A stretch of 54,629 nucleotides of DNA. It comes from a candidate division FCPU426 bacterium. GTDB lineage: Bacteria > Oederibacteriota > JAJYGY01 > DAIDJD01. The stretch is from positions 1 to 54,629 of the forward strand of contig DAIDJD010000013.1 in the NCBI GenBank assembly GCA_027451505.1. Reading direction: 5' to 3'. Of the stretch, positions 1-7,937 are shown piece after piece. The notes beneath the pieces are model-generated. The model was given only the letters and a program-made list of their open reading frames with translations, was not told the DNA's origin and made no database searches. The position numbers were made by a program, and so were the translations under genes. Numbering within the stretch: position 1 is the first letter of the stretch; each line of letters opens with the position of its first letter.

Positions 1-1
1 C

Positions 2-139
2 CCAGCCGGCGCCATGATGGCCGAGGCCGAGGTCTGGAAGCTCGTCTGGGCCGTCTCCACCGAACAGGAGATGCGCTGGGCCAACCGCCGCATCAAGGGC
101 GCCGCCAAGGAGGCCCACCGGCTCAAGGTCGCGGCCTAG
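2..139 (+). CDS. 3' end of an unidentified CDS entering from the left edge (46 codons, TAG at 137-139)
   Basis: The frame is open from the window edge and has GC-rich third positions (...AEAEVWKLVWAVSTEQEMRWANRRIKGAAKEAHRLKVAA*). It is too short for the ORF track and I recognise no family. Confidence 0.3.
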   Translation, partial: PAGAMMAEAEVWKLVWAVSTEQEMRWANRRIKGAAKEAHRLKVAA

Positions 140-369
140 CCCGCCGCCGACATCCCTACGCCAGGGAAATTACACCCAAGGTCGTTGCATGACCCCGTGG
201 ACTGTCGGTACTTGTCGAGCGAGAGCGCCTCACAAACAAGATTCTCAGTATAATCGGCGACTGGGTTGTTCGAGCTCGATGTGATGTTCTTGTATGCCAA
301 TTGGAACATCACATCGCTGTAGAGCTTGAGTATCTCGGTGACCGAGAGTTCTTCCAAATTGAACTTCAT
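136..369 (-). pseudogene. Possible truncated gene remnant (77-aa ORF)
   Basis: ATG at 369, in lower-GC DNA. The first ~55 aa (MKFNLEELSVTEILKLYSDVM...NNPVADYTENLVCEAL) look like the N-terminus of a longer protein; this rests on unverified memory of an NNPVxDYxE motif. The last ~20 aa run into the GC-rich end of the neighbouring CDS and look like read-through. Confidence 0.3.
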
Positions 370-383
370 GTCTTCCTCAGCAC

Positions 384-632
384 TCAGGCCGCTTTGACCA
401 CATAGTCGGCGATCACGTCCCGCACCATGCGGTTGTATTTGACGCCCTTCTTCTTGGCGACCTTCTTCACGAGATCCACCAGGTCCTTGGACATGCGGAT
501 GGTCATGGTGGCGTCCTTAGGGGCGAACTTGAAGTGGCTCTTCCGCCACTTGAGCGTGCTCAGGTAGCCCGTCAGGTCTTCTGCCAGCGGGTCGTCTTCT
601 ATCTCTTTGGCGGTTGGCTTAGCCTTTTTCAT
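384..632 (-). CDS. brnA: BrnA-type antitoxin (ribbon-helix-helix/CopG-like)
   Basis: 82 aa; ATG at 632, TGA at 384. Overlaps the upstream toxin gene by 14 nt. The C-terminal part (MTIRMSKDLVDLVKKVAKKKGVKYNRMVRDVIADYV) is typical of RHH antitoxins paired with BrnT. Confidence 0.8.
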   Translation of the reverse strand: MKKAKPTAKEIEDDPLAEDLTGYLSTLKWRKSHFKFAPKDATMTIRMSKDLVDLVKKVAKKKGVKYNRMVRDVIADYVVKAA

Positions 633-918
633 AGTCTCGAACCTCCTTGGCGTGCATGTATCTGGCGCTGATAGGGCGGATGAGGCTGCGCCCCTCCTTG
701 GTCCGAAGGGTGAAGGAGACCACCATCCAGCGGCCTTCTTGGGTCACACCCACGGCCAGTTGTCGCTTCTCATGCCTGGAATGCTTGGGATCCTCGGCAA
801 GGAACGGTTTGCCTTCAAAGAAGGCCTCTATTGTCTCCCTGCTGACGCCATGCTTGGCCAGGTTCTTGGTGGCGTTGCCCTGGTCCCAGTCGAAGTCGTC
901 ATAGTCGAGTTCAGCCAT
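619..918 (-). CDS. brnT: BrnT-type ribonuclease toxin (DUF497 family)
   Basis: 99 aa; ATG at 918. N-terminal FDWDQGNATKNLAKHGVSRETIEAFF matches the F-x-WD-x-x-K-x-x-x-N-x-x-KHGV signature of BrnT. Toxin-first gene order, overlapping brnA. Confidence 0.85.
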   Translation of the reverse strand: MAELDYDDFDWDQGNATKNLAKHGVSRETIEAFFEGKPFLAEDPKHSRHEKRQLAVGVTQEGRWMVVSFTLRTKEGRSLIRPISARYMHAKEVRDYEKG

Positions 919-941
919 GTGTTAAGTCTAAGTGGGGGATA

Positions 942-966
942 ATGTAATAACAACGTGTTATTACAT
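942..966. promoter_or_regulatory. Perfect 11-bp inverted repeat (ATGTAATAACA-acg-TGTTATTACAT), candidate brnTA operator
   Basis: Read directly from the sequence. It begins 24 nt upstream of the brnT ATG, in an AT-rich intergenic stretch. RHH antitoxins typically autoregulate through palindromic operators. Confidence 0.5.
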
Positions 967-1101
967 CCTTTTGGGCGAATCCCAGAATGCCATTTTGTCC
1001 ACCGCCCCAGGATTTCCTTGGACACTCCGTAAGGCCATTCTTTCCCGACGTAAGTATCCGATGAAGAGAAATCCGCGTGGGCGAAGTCGGGGCCTGCGGA
1101 C

Positions 1102-2283
1102 TCAGACCGCCCGGCCCGCTGCCGCGCCGCTGGCCCAGGCCCATTGGAAGTTGAAGCCGCCCAGCTGGCCGGTGATGTCCACACATTCCCCCACGAAATG
1201 GAGGCCGGGCACGTCGCGGCACGCCAGGGTCCTTTGGTCGAGTTGGCGGGTCGAGACCCCGCCCCGCGTGACCTCGGCTTTGTGCCATCCCACCGTGCCC
1301 GCCGGCACGAAACGTTCGTTGTGCACGGCCTCTGCGCACAGGCGCAGGAAACGGTCGCCCAAGCGGGTCAGGTCCATCGACGGCGGCTGGAGAAGGGAAA
1401 CCCACCGTTCGGCCAGGCGTTGGGGAAGGCGGGAGGCGAGCACGGAGAGGAGGGTGGCTCCCGCATGGCTTTTTTTTGCCTCGAGGAGCACGGTTTCAAG
1501 GTCATCGGACGGCCAGAAGTCCAGGACAACGGGCTCGCCCGGCCGCCACGGGAGAGAAGCCCGCAGGGCCGCGGGACCGCTCAGGCCCCTGTGGGTGAAC
1601 AAGACGGGCTCCGGGAAGGTCCTTCGGCCCACCGTGAGCCGGGCCTCGACGGCGAGCCCGGGCAGGTCCTTCCATCGCTCCAGTTCCCGTGGCGCGAAGA
1701 GAAAGCCGTCCAGGGCCGGGGCGGTCGCCTCCACGGACAACCCGAAGCTGCGGGCGATTCGGAAGGCTAGGTCGTTGGCGCCGAGGACCGGATAACTCTG
1801 GCCCCCGAGCGCGACGACCACCCGGCCACCGAGCTCCATCCAACCGTCCCCCGACACCTGGAACCGATCCGGACCGAACCGCTCCACGCGTTGGACCGAC
1901 CGGCCGAGCGCGATCGCCACCCCGGAGGCCTTGAGATCGGCTTCCAGGAGCTCGACGATCTCCAAGGCGCTCCGGTCGCAGAAAAGCTGGCCCGCCTTCT
2001 TTTCGTGGTAGGGGATGCCCGCGCGGGCCACCCAGTCCTCCACGTCGGCGGGCGGAAAGCCGGCCAATGCGGAGCGGGCGAAGCGGGGATTGGCGCCTTC
2101 GTAGTCGGCGTCGGTGGCGTGGCGGTTGGTGAAATTGCATCGACCGCCTCCGGAGATGGGGATCTTCCCTCCCACCCGGCGGCCCTGCTCCACCAGAAGG
2201 ACCTTTCGGCCCCGCTTACCGGCTTGGATGGCCGCCATGCAGCCGGCGGCTCCGGCCCCGAGGATGATCGCGTCATAGGACAT
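1102..2283 (-). CDS. HI0933/BaiN-family FAD-dependent flavoprotein (NAD(FAD)-utilizing dehydrogenase)
   Basis: 393 aa; ATG at 2283. N-terminal dinucleotide-binding motif YDAIILGAGAAGCMAAIQAGKRG, followed by GGKIPISGGGRCNFTN, which is characteristic of the HI0933-like family. Confidence 0.85.
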   Translation of the reverse strand: MSYDAIILGAGAAGCMAAIQAGKRGRKVLLVEQGRRVGGKIPISGGGRCNFTNRHATDADYEGANPRFARSALAGFPPADVEDWVARAGIPYHEKKAGQLFCDRSALEIVELLEADLKASGVAIALGRSVQRVERFGPDRFQVSGDGWMELGGRVVVALGGQSYPVLGANDLAFRIARSFGLSVEATAPALDGFLFAPRELERWKDLPGLAVEARLTVGRRTFPEPVLFTHRGLSGPAALRASLPWRPGEPVVLDFWPSDDLETVLLEAKKSHAGATLLSVLASRLPQRLAERWVSLLQPPSMDLTRLGDRFLRLCAEAVHNERFVPAGTVGWHKAEVTRGGVSTRQLDQRTLACRDVPGLHFVGECVDITGQLGGFNFQWAWASGAAAGRAV

Positions 2284-2495
2284 CGGGGCATCCTAGCGCC
2301 CACCCGGTCCTGCCACAATAGATCCGCCGGATTCAAAGGAGGGAACGTGGCCTCGCGACACGGCAAGCTTGTTTCGTTCCTCCATGTTGGCCACCGCCCG
2401 GTGGGCTACGGCTTCATCGGCTGCGGCAGTCCATCCAGGCCTTGGGCCTCGGAAGCGCGTCCCGCAATGCCTGGCTGGGGACCTGGGCGACCGAC

Positions 2496-2501
2496 TATAA
2501 T
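2496..2501 (+). promoter_or_regulatory. Candidate -10 box (TATAAT) for the methyltransferase gene
   Basis: A perfect TATAAT lies 37 nt upstream of ATG 2538, and GGAG lies 5 nt before the ATG. No convincing -35 element. Confidence 0.3.
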
Positions 2502-2537
2502 GAGCCCACCCCGTGCACACGCCGCTTTGGAGCTGTC

Positions 2538-3152
2538 ATGGCCGACAAAAAGTCCCATTGGGAAGGGGTCTATGCGGACCGCGGGCCCGATGAAGTGAGC
2601 TGGTTCCAAGCCGACCCCGCCAAGTCCCTGGAGTTCATCCGCCTCGCCGGCCTTCCCAAGGGCGGTGCCTTCATCGACGTGGGCGGCGGGGCTTCGGTGC
2701 TCGTAGACAGGCTCCAGGAGGCCGGCTTCGAGGATCTCAGCGTCCTTGATATCTCCGCCAAGTCCCTTTCCTACTCCAAGGAACGCCTGAGCGCCGGGGC
2801 CGGTCGGGTCCATTGGTTCGAGGCCGACGTGCTTTCCTTCGCGCCGGATCGGGAGTTCGCCCTCTGGCATGACCGGGCGGTGTTCCACTTTTTGACGGAA
2901 CCCGGGGAAAGGGCCCGATACACGGCCCTGATGGGGCGGGCGGTCAAGATCGGCGGTCATGCCATCCTGGCCACCTTCGCCCCGGACGGGCCCGCGAAGT
3001 GCAGCGGCCTCGAAGTCCGCCGCTACGATGCGGCCTTGATGAAGGCCGAACTTGGGCCCGGTTTTGAACTGGTGCGCCAGGACGCCGAAACCCATGTCAC
3101 TCCCTGGGACCAGGAGCAGAGGTTCGCCTACTTCCTGTTCCGGAGGGTCTGA
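2538..3152 (+). CDS. Class I SAM-dependent methyltransferase
   Basis: The internal ATG at 2538 (MADKKSHWEGVY...) is preferred over the track start at 2442. Motif I is FIDVGGGASVLVDRL. Length is about 204 aa. Confidence 0.8.
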   Translation: MADKKSHWEGVYADRGPDEVSWFQADPAKSLEFIRLAGLPKGGAFIDVGGGASVLVDRLQEAGFEDLSVLDISAKSLSYSKERLSAGAGRVHWFEADVLSFAPDREFALWHDRAVFHFLTEPGERARYTALMGRAVKIGGHAILATFAPDGPAKCSGLEVRRYDAALMKAELGPGFELVRQDAETHVTPWDQEQRFAYFLFRRV

Positions 3153-3242
3153 AGGGCGTCCGCCCCGGCTTCCGTTTTTCTCGGCGATATGGTCGAATGG
3201 CCCGGATGCGGGAACCTCCACGATGACGGTCCGGGAGCGGCC

Positions 3243-3581
3243 ATGATGACGGCACCTATAAAAGCACCCCAAAAAACGCCCGTGAAGGCGCCGACGACGA
3301 CGCCCACGGCCCCGACGACGGTGCTGGAGGGCATTGAGATGTCCTCCCTGACCGAGCGCTGTTGTGTCGAGGCCCTGAACAACGACGTCTCCACGGTGCA
3401 GGACGTGATCCGGGTTTTTGTCCGCGTCTGCGGATACGACTTGGCCAAGGCCAAGGCCTATACCTTGAAGATCCACGTGGAGGGCAGAGCGGTCTGCTTC
3501 TGGGGGAGCAAGGAGCGCTGCCAACGGGTCATCCGGGCCTTCCGCGTCATCGGGGTGGACTGCAACCTTCTGGAGAACTGA
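3243..3581 (+). CDS. clpS: ClpS-like ATP-dependent Clp protease adaptor
   Basis: The C-terminal 80 aa (VEALNNDVSTVQDVIRVFVRVCGYDLAKAKAYTLKIHVEGRAVCFWGSKERCQRVIRAF) follow the ClpS core pattern. The start is uncertain: ATG 3243 was chosen, and the track start is 3189. Confidence 0.7.
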   Translation: MMTAPIKAPQKTPVKAPTTTPTAPTTVLEGIEMSSLTERCCVEALNNDVSTVQDVIRVFVRVCGYDLAKAKAYTLKIHVEGRAVCFWGSKERCQRVIRAFRVIGVDCNLLEN

Positions 3582-3630
3582 CCCGCCGAGGGGTGGGGGG
3601 CCTCCGAAGTCTGCTCCGTCCGGGCACGGG

Positions 3631-3660
3631 AAAAAAAAGGCCCGGCCGAGAGGCCGGGCC
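3631..3660 (-). terminator. Rho-independent terminator of the repeat-protein gene
   Basis: On the minus strand, GGCCCGGCC-tctc-GGCCGGGCC is followed directly by T8. It lies 28 nt after the stop at 3688. Confidence 0.75.
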
Positions 3661-3687
3661 TTGGGGGAACGCGTCGGTTCTTGGCGC

Positions 3688-4290
3688 TTACGGGGTGGCC
3701 GTGGCCACCGGGGTGGGCACCGCGGTGGGAGCTGCGGTGACCGTGGGCATCGGGGTCGGCGCGGTGGTCGGCGCCGCCGTCGGGGCCGGGGTTTCGTCCC
3801 CGTCGCTGTCCGCGTCCACCGGGGTCGGCCAGGGGGTTCCGTTCCAGGTCGGCCAGGGGGTCAGGACAGGCGTCGGGAAGGGCGTGCCATTCCAGGTCGG
3901 CCAGGGCGTGATCGCCGGGGTCGGGAAGGGCGTGCCGTTCCAGGTCGGCCAGGGCGTGATCGCCGGGGTCGGCTCCGGGGTCTCGGCGCTTTCGTTCTCA
4001 GTCGGCCACGGGGTGATCGCCGGGGTCGGGAAGGGCGTGCCATTCCAGGTCGGCCAAGGCGTGACCGCCGGGGTCGGGAAGGGCGTGCCGTTCCAGGTCG
4101 GCCAAGGCGTGACCGCCGGGGTCGGCCAGGGTGTGCCGTTCCAGGTGGGGAACGGCGTCACGGTGACGTTGGGGTGCGGAACAAACCGATATCCGAAATA
4201 GTCGTACGCGTGGGACAGCGAAGGCATCAGGGCCACGATCAGCCCCGCTAAGCCCAGCCATCGCACGACTTTCTTGGTGCCTTCGCGCAT
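3688..4290 (-). CDS. Secreted Trp/Pro/Thr-rich tandem-repeat protein (unknown family)
   Basis: ATG at 4290 with GGAGG 5 nt upstream. Signal-peptide-like N-terminus [28 protein letters not shown]. Seven tandem units of [15 protein letters not shown](I/V), then a Pro/Thr/Ala tail. It has its own sigma-54 promoter and terminator. Confidence 0.75.
   Translation of the reverse strand: MREGTKKVVRWLGLAGLIVALMPSLSHAYDYFGYRFVPHPNVTVTPFPTWNGTPWPTPAVTPWPTWNGTPFPTPAVTPWPTWNGTPFPTPAITPWPTENESAETPEPTPAITPWPTWNGTPFPTPAITPWPTWNGTPFPTPVLTPWPTWNGTPWPTPVDADSDGDETPAPTAAPTTAPTPMPTVTAAPTAVPTPVATATP
3814..4158 (-). repeat. Coding tandem repeat: 48-nt unit x6 plus one degenerate 57-nt unit
   Basis: Near-identical units (ggccagggcgtgatcgccggggtcgggaagggcgtgccRttccaggtc) are visible directly. 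They encode the 16-aa protein repeat. Confidence 0.9.
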
Positions 4291-4340
4291 GGCGACCTCC
4301 ATTTTGAAACTTATGGGTGCGTTCCCCGGCCAACCGTAAG

Positions 4341-4356
4341 TGCAAGCGCCGTGCCA
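4341..4356 (-). promoter_or_regulatory. Sigma-54 (-24/-12) promoter: TGGCAC-ggcgc-TTGCA
   Basis: The reverse complement of 4341-4356 is TGGCACGGCGCTTGCA, an exact match to TGGCAC-N5-TTGCW. It lies ~50 nt upstream of ATG 4290. An NtrC-family activator with a GAFTGA motif is encoded next door. Confidence 0.7.
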
Positions 4357-4477
4357 CGCTTTGACCCATATGCACCAAGGGTTTTCCAAGAAAATTTCCC
4401 GCGACGCGTACAAATTTTTGAACCGAATGCGCTAATTTTCGAACTTCCCGTGTATTGGAATCACGCTTCCTTCCGGA

Positions 4478-5131
4478 TCAGCGCGCCGCCAAAATCTCGG
4501 CGCGCAGGGTCCAGACCCGCGCCGCCAGACTCGGATCGGTGGAGGCCGTTTCCAGGGGCTTGAGGGCCTCCAGGGCGGCGCGCCGCTTGTGGGATCCGTG
4601 CCAAAAGGCCCAGGCCAGGGCGTAACGGGCCTCGGCCAAGCGCGGCTCAAGGCTCAGGACGCTCTCGAACTCGACGGCGGCGGCCCCCGGCTGGCTGTGG
4701 GCGAGGTACACCAGGCCCAGGTAGTAATGCACCAGGGGCAGGCTGCGGTCGAGGCGGTTGGCCAGCCGCAGTTCGTTGAACGCGCTTCCCAGCTGGCCTT
4801 GGTCATAGTCCAGGCGGCCGAGGTAGTAATGGGTCGCGGGCATGGCCGGGGCCTGGGCCGCGGCGGCCTCCAGAAGGGCGCGCGCCTCGGCCAGACGGCC
4901 GAGATGGTACAGGCATTCCCCCAGGTAAAAGCGGGCCTCCAGGCTCTTGGGATCGGCCGCCAAAGCGGCGCGCAGGCCGGCCTCGGCGGCGTTGAGGCGC
5001 CCCGCCCTGAGATCGCGCACGCCGCGCAGGAAGTCGGCGCGGCCCGCGGTCTGGGCCCCGCAAAGGGGGGCGGCCAGGCAGGCGCCCAGCAGCCCCAGGA
5101 TCAGCCAACGTTCAACCGGCCTCGGAACCAT
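4478..5131 (-). CDS. Secreted TPR-repeat protein
   Basis: 217 aa; ATG at 5131. Signal-like WLILGLLGACLAAPLCGAQT. Repeated TPR-like A-x-x-x-Y/F-x-L-G helices. Overlaps the response-regulator gene by 20 nt. Confidence 0.8.
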   Translation of the reverse strand: MVPRPVERWLILGLLGACLAAPLCGAQTAGRADFLRGVRDLRAGRLNAAEAGLRAALAADPKSLEARFYLGECLYHLGRLAEARALLEAAAAQAPAMPATHYYLGRLDYDQGQLGSAFNELRLANRLDRSLPLVHYYLGLVYLAHSQPGAAAVEFESVLSLEPRLAEARYALAWAFWHGSHKRRAALEALKPLETASTDPSLAARVWTLRAEILAAR

Positions 5132-6461
5132 CGCACAGGCCCTCCAACGCGTATTTCTGGATCTTGTACTGGATGCCCGAGCGCGACAGCCCGAGCCTAC
5201 GGGCCGCCCGCGAACGGACTCCGCCGCTCTCCACGAGGGCCCGGCGGATGAGTTCGGATTCGGTGCGCTCCATGGCCTCGGCCAGGGTGAGGCCGCCCAC
5301 GGAAACGGCCCCGGCGGCGGCGTCGGGCGGCCGGGGCGCGAGCGGCTCCCCCCGGTTGAAGACCACGGCCTGCTCCACCAAATTCTGGAGCTCGCGCACG
5401 TTCCCCGGCCAGTGGTACCGCTCCAGCCCGGGCAGGCACTCCGGGTCCAGGCCCGGCCAGGGCTTTCCCTGGGCCGCGCAGAACTGGCGGCCGAAGTGCT
5501 CGGCCAGAAGGCGCACGTCGCCGCGGCGCTCGCGCAGGGGCGGCAGATGGATCCCCACGACGCCGAGGCGGTAGTAGAGGTCCCCGCGGAAGGCCCCCTG
5601 CGCGGCCAGGGCGGCCAGGTCTCGGTTGGTCGCCGCCACCAGGCGGAAGTCGGCCCGCAGCGTGCGCACGCCGCCCACGCGCTCGAATTCGCGCTCCTGA
5701 AGCACGCGCAGGAGCTTCACCTGCACCTCGGGGGGGATCTCGCCCACCTCATCGAGGAAGAGCACCCCTCCCCGGGCCATTTCAAAGCGCCCGGCGCGGG
5801 CCGCCACCGCCCCGGTGAAGGCGCCCTTTTCGTGCCCGAACAGTTCGCTCTCGAGCACGCCCGGGGCCAGGGCCGCGCAATGGACGCTCACGAAGGGCCC
5901 ATCGCGCCGGGGTCCCAGCCGGTGGAGGGCGCGGGCGGCCAGCTCCTTGCCGGTCCCGGACTCGCCGGTCAGCAGCACCGTGCTGGGGGCGGGCGCGGCC
6001 TGGCGCAGGGCCTCCAGGACGGAGGCCAGGGCCGGGCTGGAGCCCAGAAGGGCCCGCGGGCCCAGGTCCTCCTCGAGGCTGCGGCGCTTGCCCTCCTGGG
6101 CCCTCCGCCCCAGGGCCTTGCCCAGCTTCAGTTCGAGCTCCTCCATCAGGAAGGGCTTCACCAGGAAGTCCTCGGCGCCCAGGCGCATGGCGCGCACCGC
6201 CTCCTCCACCCCGCCGTGGGCCGTCACCACGAACACGGGCAGGTCCGGGTCGTTGCGGTGGATCTCCTCGAGCAGGCCGAGGCCGTCGAGTCCCGGCATG
6301 CGCAGGTCGGTCACCACCGCGTCGGCTCCGCGCCGGCCGAGCCATTCCAGGGCGCCCCGCCCGTCCGCGGCCTCGGCCACCTCGTGCCCGGCGGCGCCGA
6401 GCCAACTGCTCAGGGTCGCCCGCATTCCGGGGTCGTCGTCCACCACCAAAAGGGTGCTCAC
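5112..6461 (-). CDS. Sigma-54-dependent response regulator (NtrC family: REC + AAA+ + Fis-type HTH)
   Basis: GTG at 6461 with AGGAGG 5 nt upstream. REC domain (LLVVDDDPGMR...DLRMPGLDG), Walker A GESGTGKE, GAFTGA motif (GHEKGAFTGA), and a C-terminal HTH (AARRLGLSRSGIQYKIQKY). Confidence 0.92.
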   Translation of the reverse strand: MSTLLVVDDDPGMRATLSSWLGAAGHEVAEAADGRGALEWLGRRGADAVVTDLRMPGLDGLGLLEEIHRNDPDLPVFVVTAHGGVEEAVRAMRLGAEDFLVKPFLMEELELKLGKALGRRAQEGKRRSLEEDLGPRALLGSSPALASVLEALRQAAPAPSTVLLTGESGTGKELAARALHRLGPRRDGPFVSVHCAALAPGVLESELFGHEKGAFTGAVAARAGRFEMARGGVLFLDEVGEIPPEVQVKLLRVLQEREFERVGGVRTLRADFRLVAATNRDLAALAAQGAFRGDLYYRLGVVGIHLPPLRERRGDVRLLAEHFGRQFCAAQGKPWPGLDPECLPGLERYHWPGNVRELQNLVEQAVVFNRGEPLAPRPPDAAAGAVSVGGLTLAEAMERTESELIRRALVESGGVRSRAARRLGLSRSGIQYKIQKYALEGLCDGSEAG

Positions 6462-6470
6462 GCGTCCTCC

Positions 6471-7937
6471 TTAGGTCCCGCCGCGGGGCAGCCGCATGCG
6501 GAAAAGGGCGCCCCCTCCGGGGGCCGCGTCCGCCTCGAGGTCCCCGCCGTGGGCCTGGGCCGCCCGGCGCGCCAGCGCCAAGCCCAACCCGGTGCCCGCG
6601 GCCTTGGTGGTGAAGAAGGGCTCGAAGAGGCGGCCCCGGGCCTCCGGGGCCACGCCCGGGCCCTGGTCGGCGACCTCCAGGAGCGCGTCGCCGCCCTCGT
6701 GGCGCAGCCTGAGTGAGACGCGCCCGCCCGCGGGCATGGCCTGCAGCGCGTTCAGGCCCAGGTTGAGCAGGGCGCCCTCCAGAAGGGCCGGGTCGCAGCG
6801 CAGGATCCGCGGTTCCTCCGACAACGCTTCGACTTCGTGCGCCGACCCGGCGGTTTGGCGCAGGTCCTGCGCCAGGCGCTCGAGCAGGGCCCCCAAGTCG
6901 GCCTCGCGCAGGTCGGGTTTGGGCACCCGGCCGAGTTCGAGGAAGCGGCTGACCATGCGCTCCAGGCGCGCGACCTGGGAACGGATGTGGCCCAGGGGCC
7001 CCTCCGCTTCCGGTCGGGGCCCCAGCGCGCGCTCCAGCAGGTCGGCCTGCCCCCGGATCACGGTGAGGGGATTGCGCACCTCGTGGGCGATGGCCGAGGC
7101 CACCCGGCGCATCTCCTCGCTCCGGCTTTCGGCATGGTCCTTCTCCAGGCGCGCCTCCAGGTTGGCCAAGGTGAGGCTGCGCAGCGAGGCCGCCGCCGCG
7201 CTCAAGGCGCGGCTGAGTTCGTGGCCGCCGGGCCCGGGCCGGCCGGGCGGGGGCCCCCCGCCAAGGGCGCCTTCGAGCCAGCCCAGGGGCGAAAGAAGCC
7301 AGGCCGCCAGCCCCGCGCCCAGCACTAGGCACAGACCCAGCCCCAGGGCCCCCGCGGCCAGGCTGGCCCTGCGGAAGCCCGCCAGGACCTGCAGGTACGC
7401 CGGGTCCACAAGCATCTGCAGGATGAGGCCCCGGCCCAGCGGGGTGAACACCGACTGGTCGCGGGTGCCGAAGCTGGTCGGCCGCGGCGGATGCACCAAG
7501 GTCCAGCCCGCGCGCAACCGGGCCCAGTCGTCCGGTCCCAGTTCCGGGGTGAGGAACCCCGGCACGCGGTCTCCGGTGGCGTCGATCAGCACCAGGCCGC
7601 GGGAGTCCAGCACGGCCAGATCCCGGGCCAGGCCGGCCGAACGCGAGCCGTCCAGCGCCGCCTCCAGGACGCGGTCGCGCGTCCCGGCGGGCCCGGGCGC
7701 CGTGGCCAGGGCCCCACCCAGGCGCGCGGCCAGGAGCCGCGCCTCCACGGCGAGTTGCCGGTCCATCGCCGCGCGCAGCCCCCGGGCCACGCGGAGGTAC
7801 ACCCAAACGCCGGCGCCCGCCGACAGAAGGGTCCACAGCCCGGCCAAGCCTATGGCCAACTGCCAGCGCAACGACAGCCACCAAGGCGCTCCGGCGCGGG
7901 CCCGGCGGGCCGTCCCAACGGCGCTCAGCGTCCCCAT
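6471..7937 (-). CDS. Sensor histidine kinase (two TM segments, periplasmic domain, HisKA + HATPase_c)
   Basis: ATG at 7937 is preferred; it overlaps the upstream stop by 13 nt (the track start is 8006). H-box ASAIAHEVRNPL; G-boxes DQGPGV and GTGLGLA. Confidence 0.85.
   Translation of the reverse strand: MGTLSAVGTARRARAGAPWWLSLRWQLAIGLAGLWTLLSAGAGVWVYLRVARGLRAAMDRQLAVEARLLAARLGGALATAPGPAGTRDRVLEAALDGSRSAGLARDLAVLDSRGLVLIDATGDRVPGFLTPELGPDDWARLRAGWTLVHPPRPTSFGTRDQSVFTPLGRGLILQMLVDPAYLQVLAGFRRASLAAGALGLGLCLVLGAGLAAWLLSPLGWLEGALGGGPPPGRPGPGGHELSRALSAAAASLRSLTLANLEARLEKDHAESRSEEMRRVASAIAHEVRNPLTVIRGQADLLERALGPRPEAEGPLGHIRSQVARLERMVSRFLELGRVPKPDLREADLGALLERLAQDLRQTAGSAHEVEALSEEPRILRCDPALLEGALLNLGLNALQAMPAGGRVSLRLRHEGGDALLEVADQGPGVAPEARGRLFEPFFTTKAAGTGLGLALARRAAQAHGGDLEADAAPGGGALFRMRLPRGGT

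Noticed and set aside
607-942. Plus-strand ORFs (607-942 and 647-904) overlapping brnT/brnA.
   Set aside because: They are antisense to a clearly recognisable TA pair, and the resulting peptides have no features.
3814-4158. Tandem repeats that might be a CRISPR array. The same question applies to 10186-10295.
   Set aside because: The units are directly adjacent with no spacers. Their lengths are multiples of 3, in frame with convincing CDSs, and they encode peptide repeats. No cas genes are present.
3362-4201. A 279-aa plus-strand ORF with [14 protein letters not shown] repeats, antisense to the repeat-protein gene.
   Set aside because: It is the mirror translation of the same DNA repeats. 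It shares the wobble column with the minus-strand frame, so GC3 cannot discriminate between them. The minus frame has an RBS, a signal peptide, a sigma-54 promoter and a T8 terminator. The plus ORF has none of these and overlaps clpS.
5782-7884. A 700-aa minus-strand ORF, out of frame with the response-regulator and kinase genes.
   Set aside because: Its composition is Arg/Pro/Gly/Ala-dominated and it has no motifs. It overlaps two genes that have unambiguous family signatures. This is a typical high-GC open-frame artefact.
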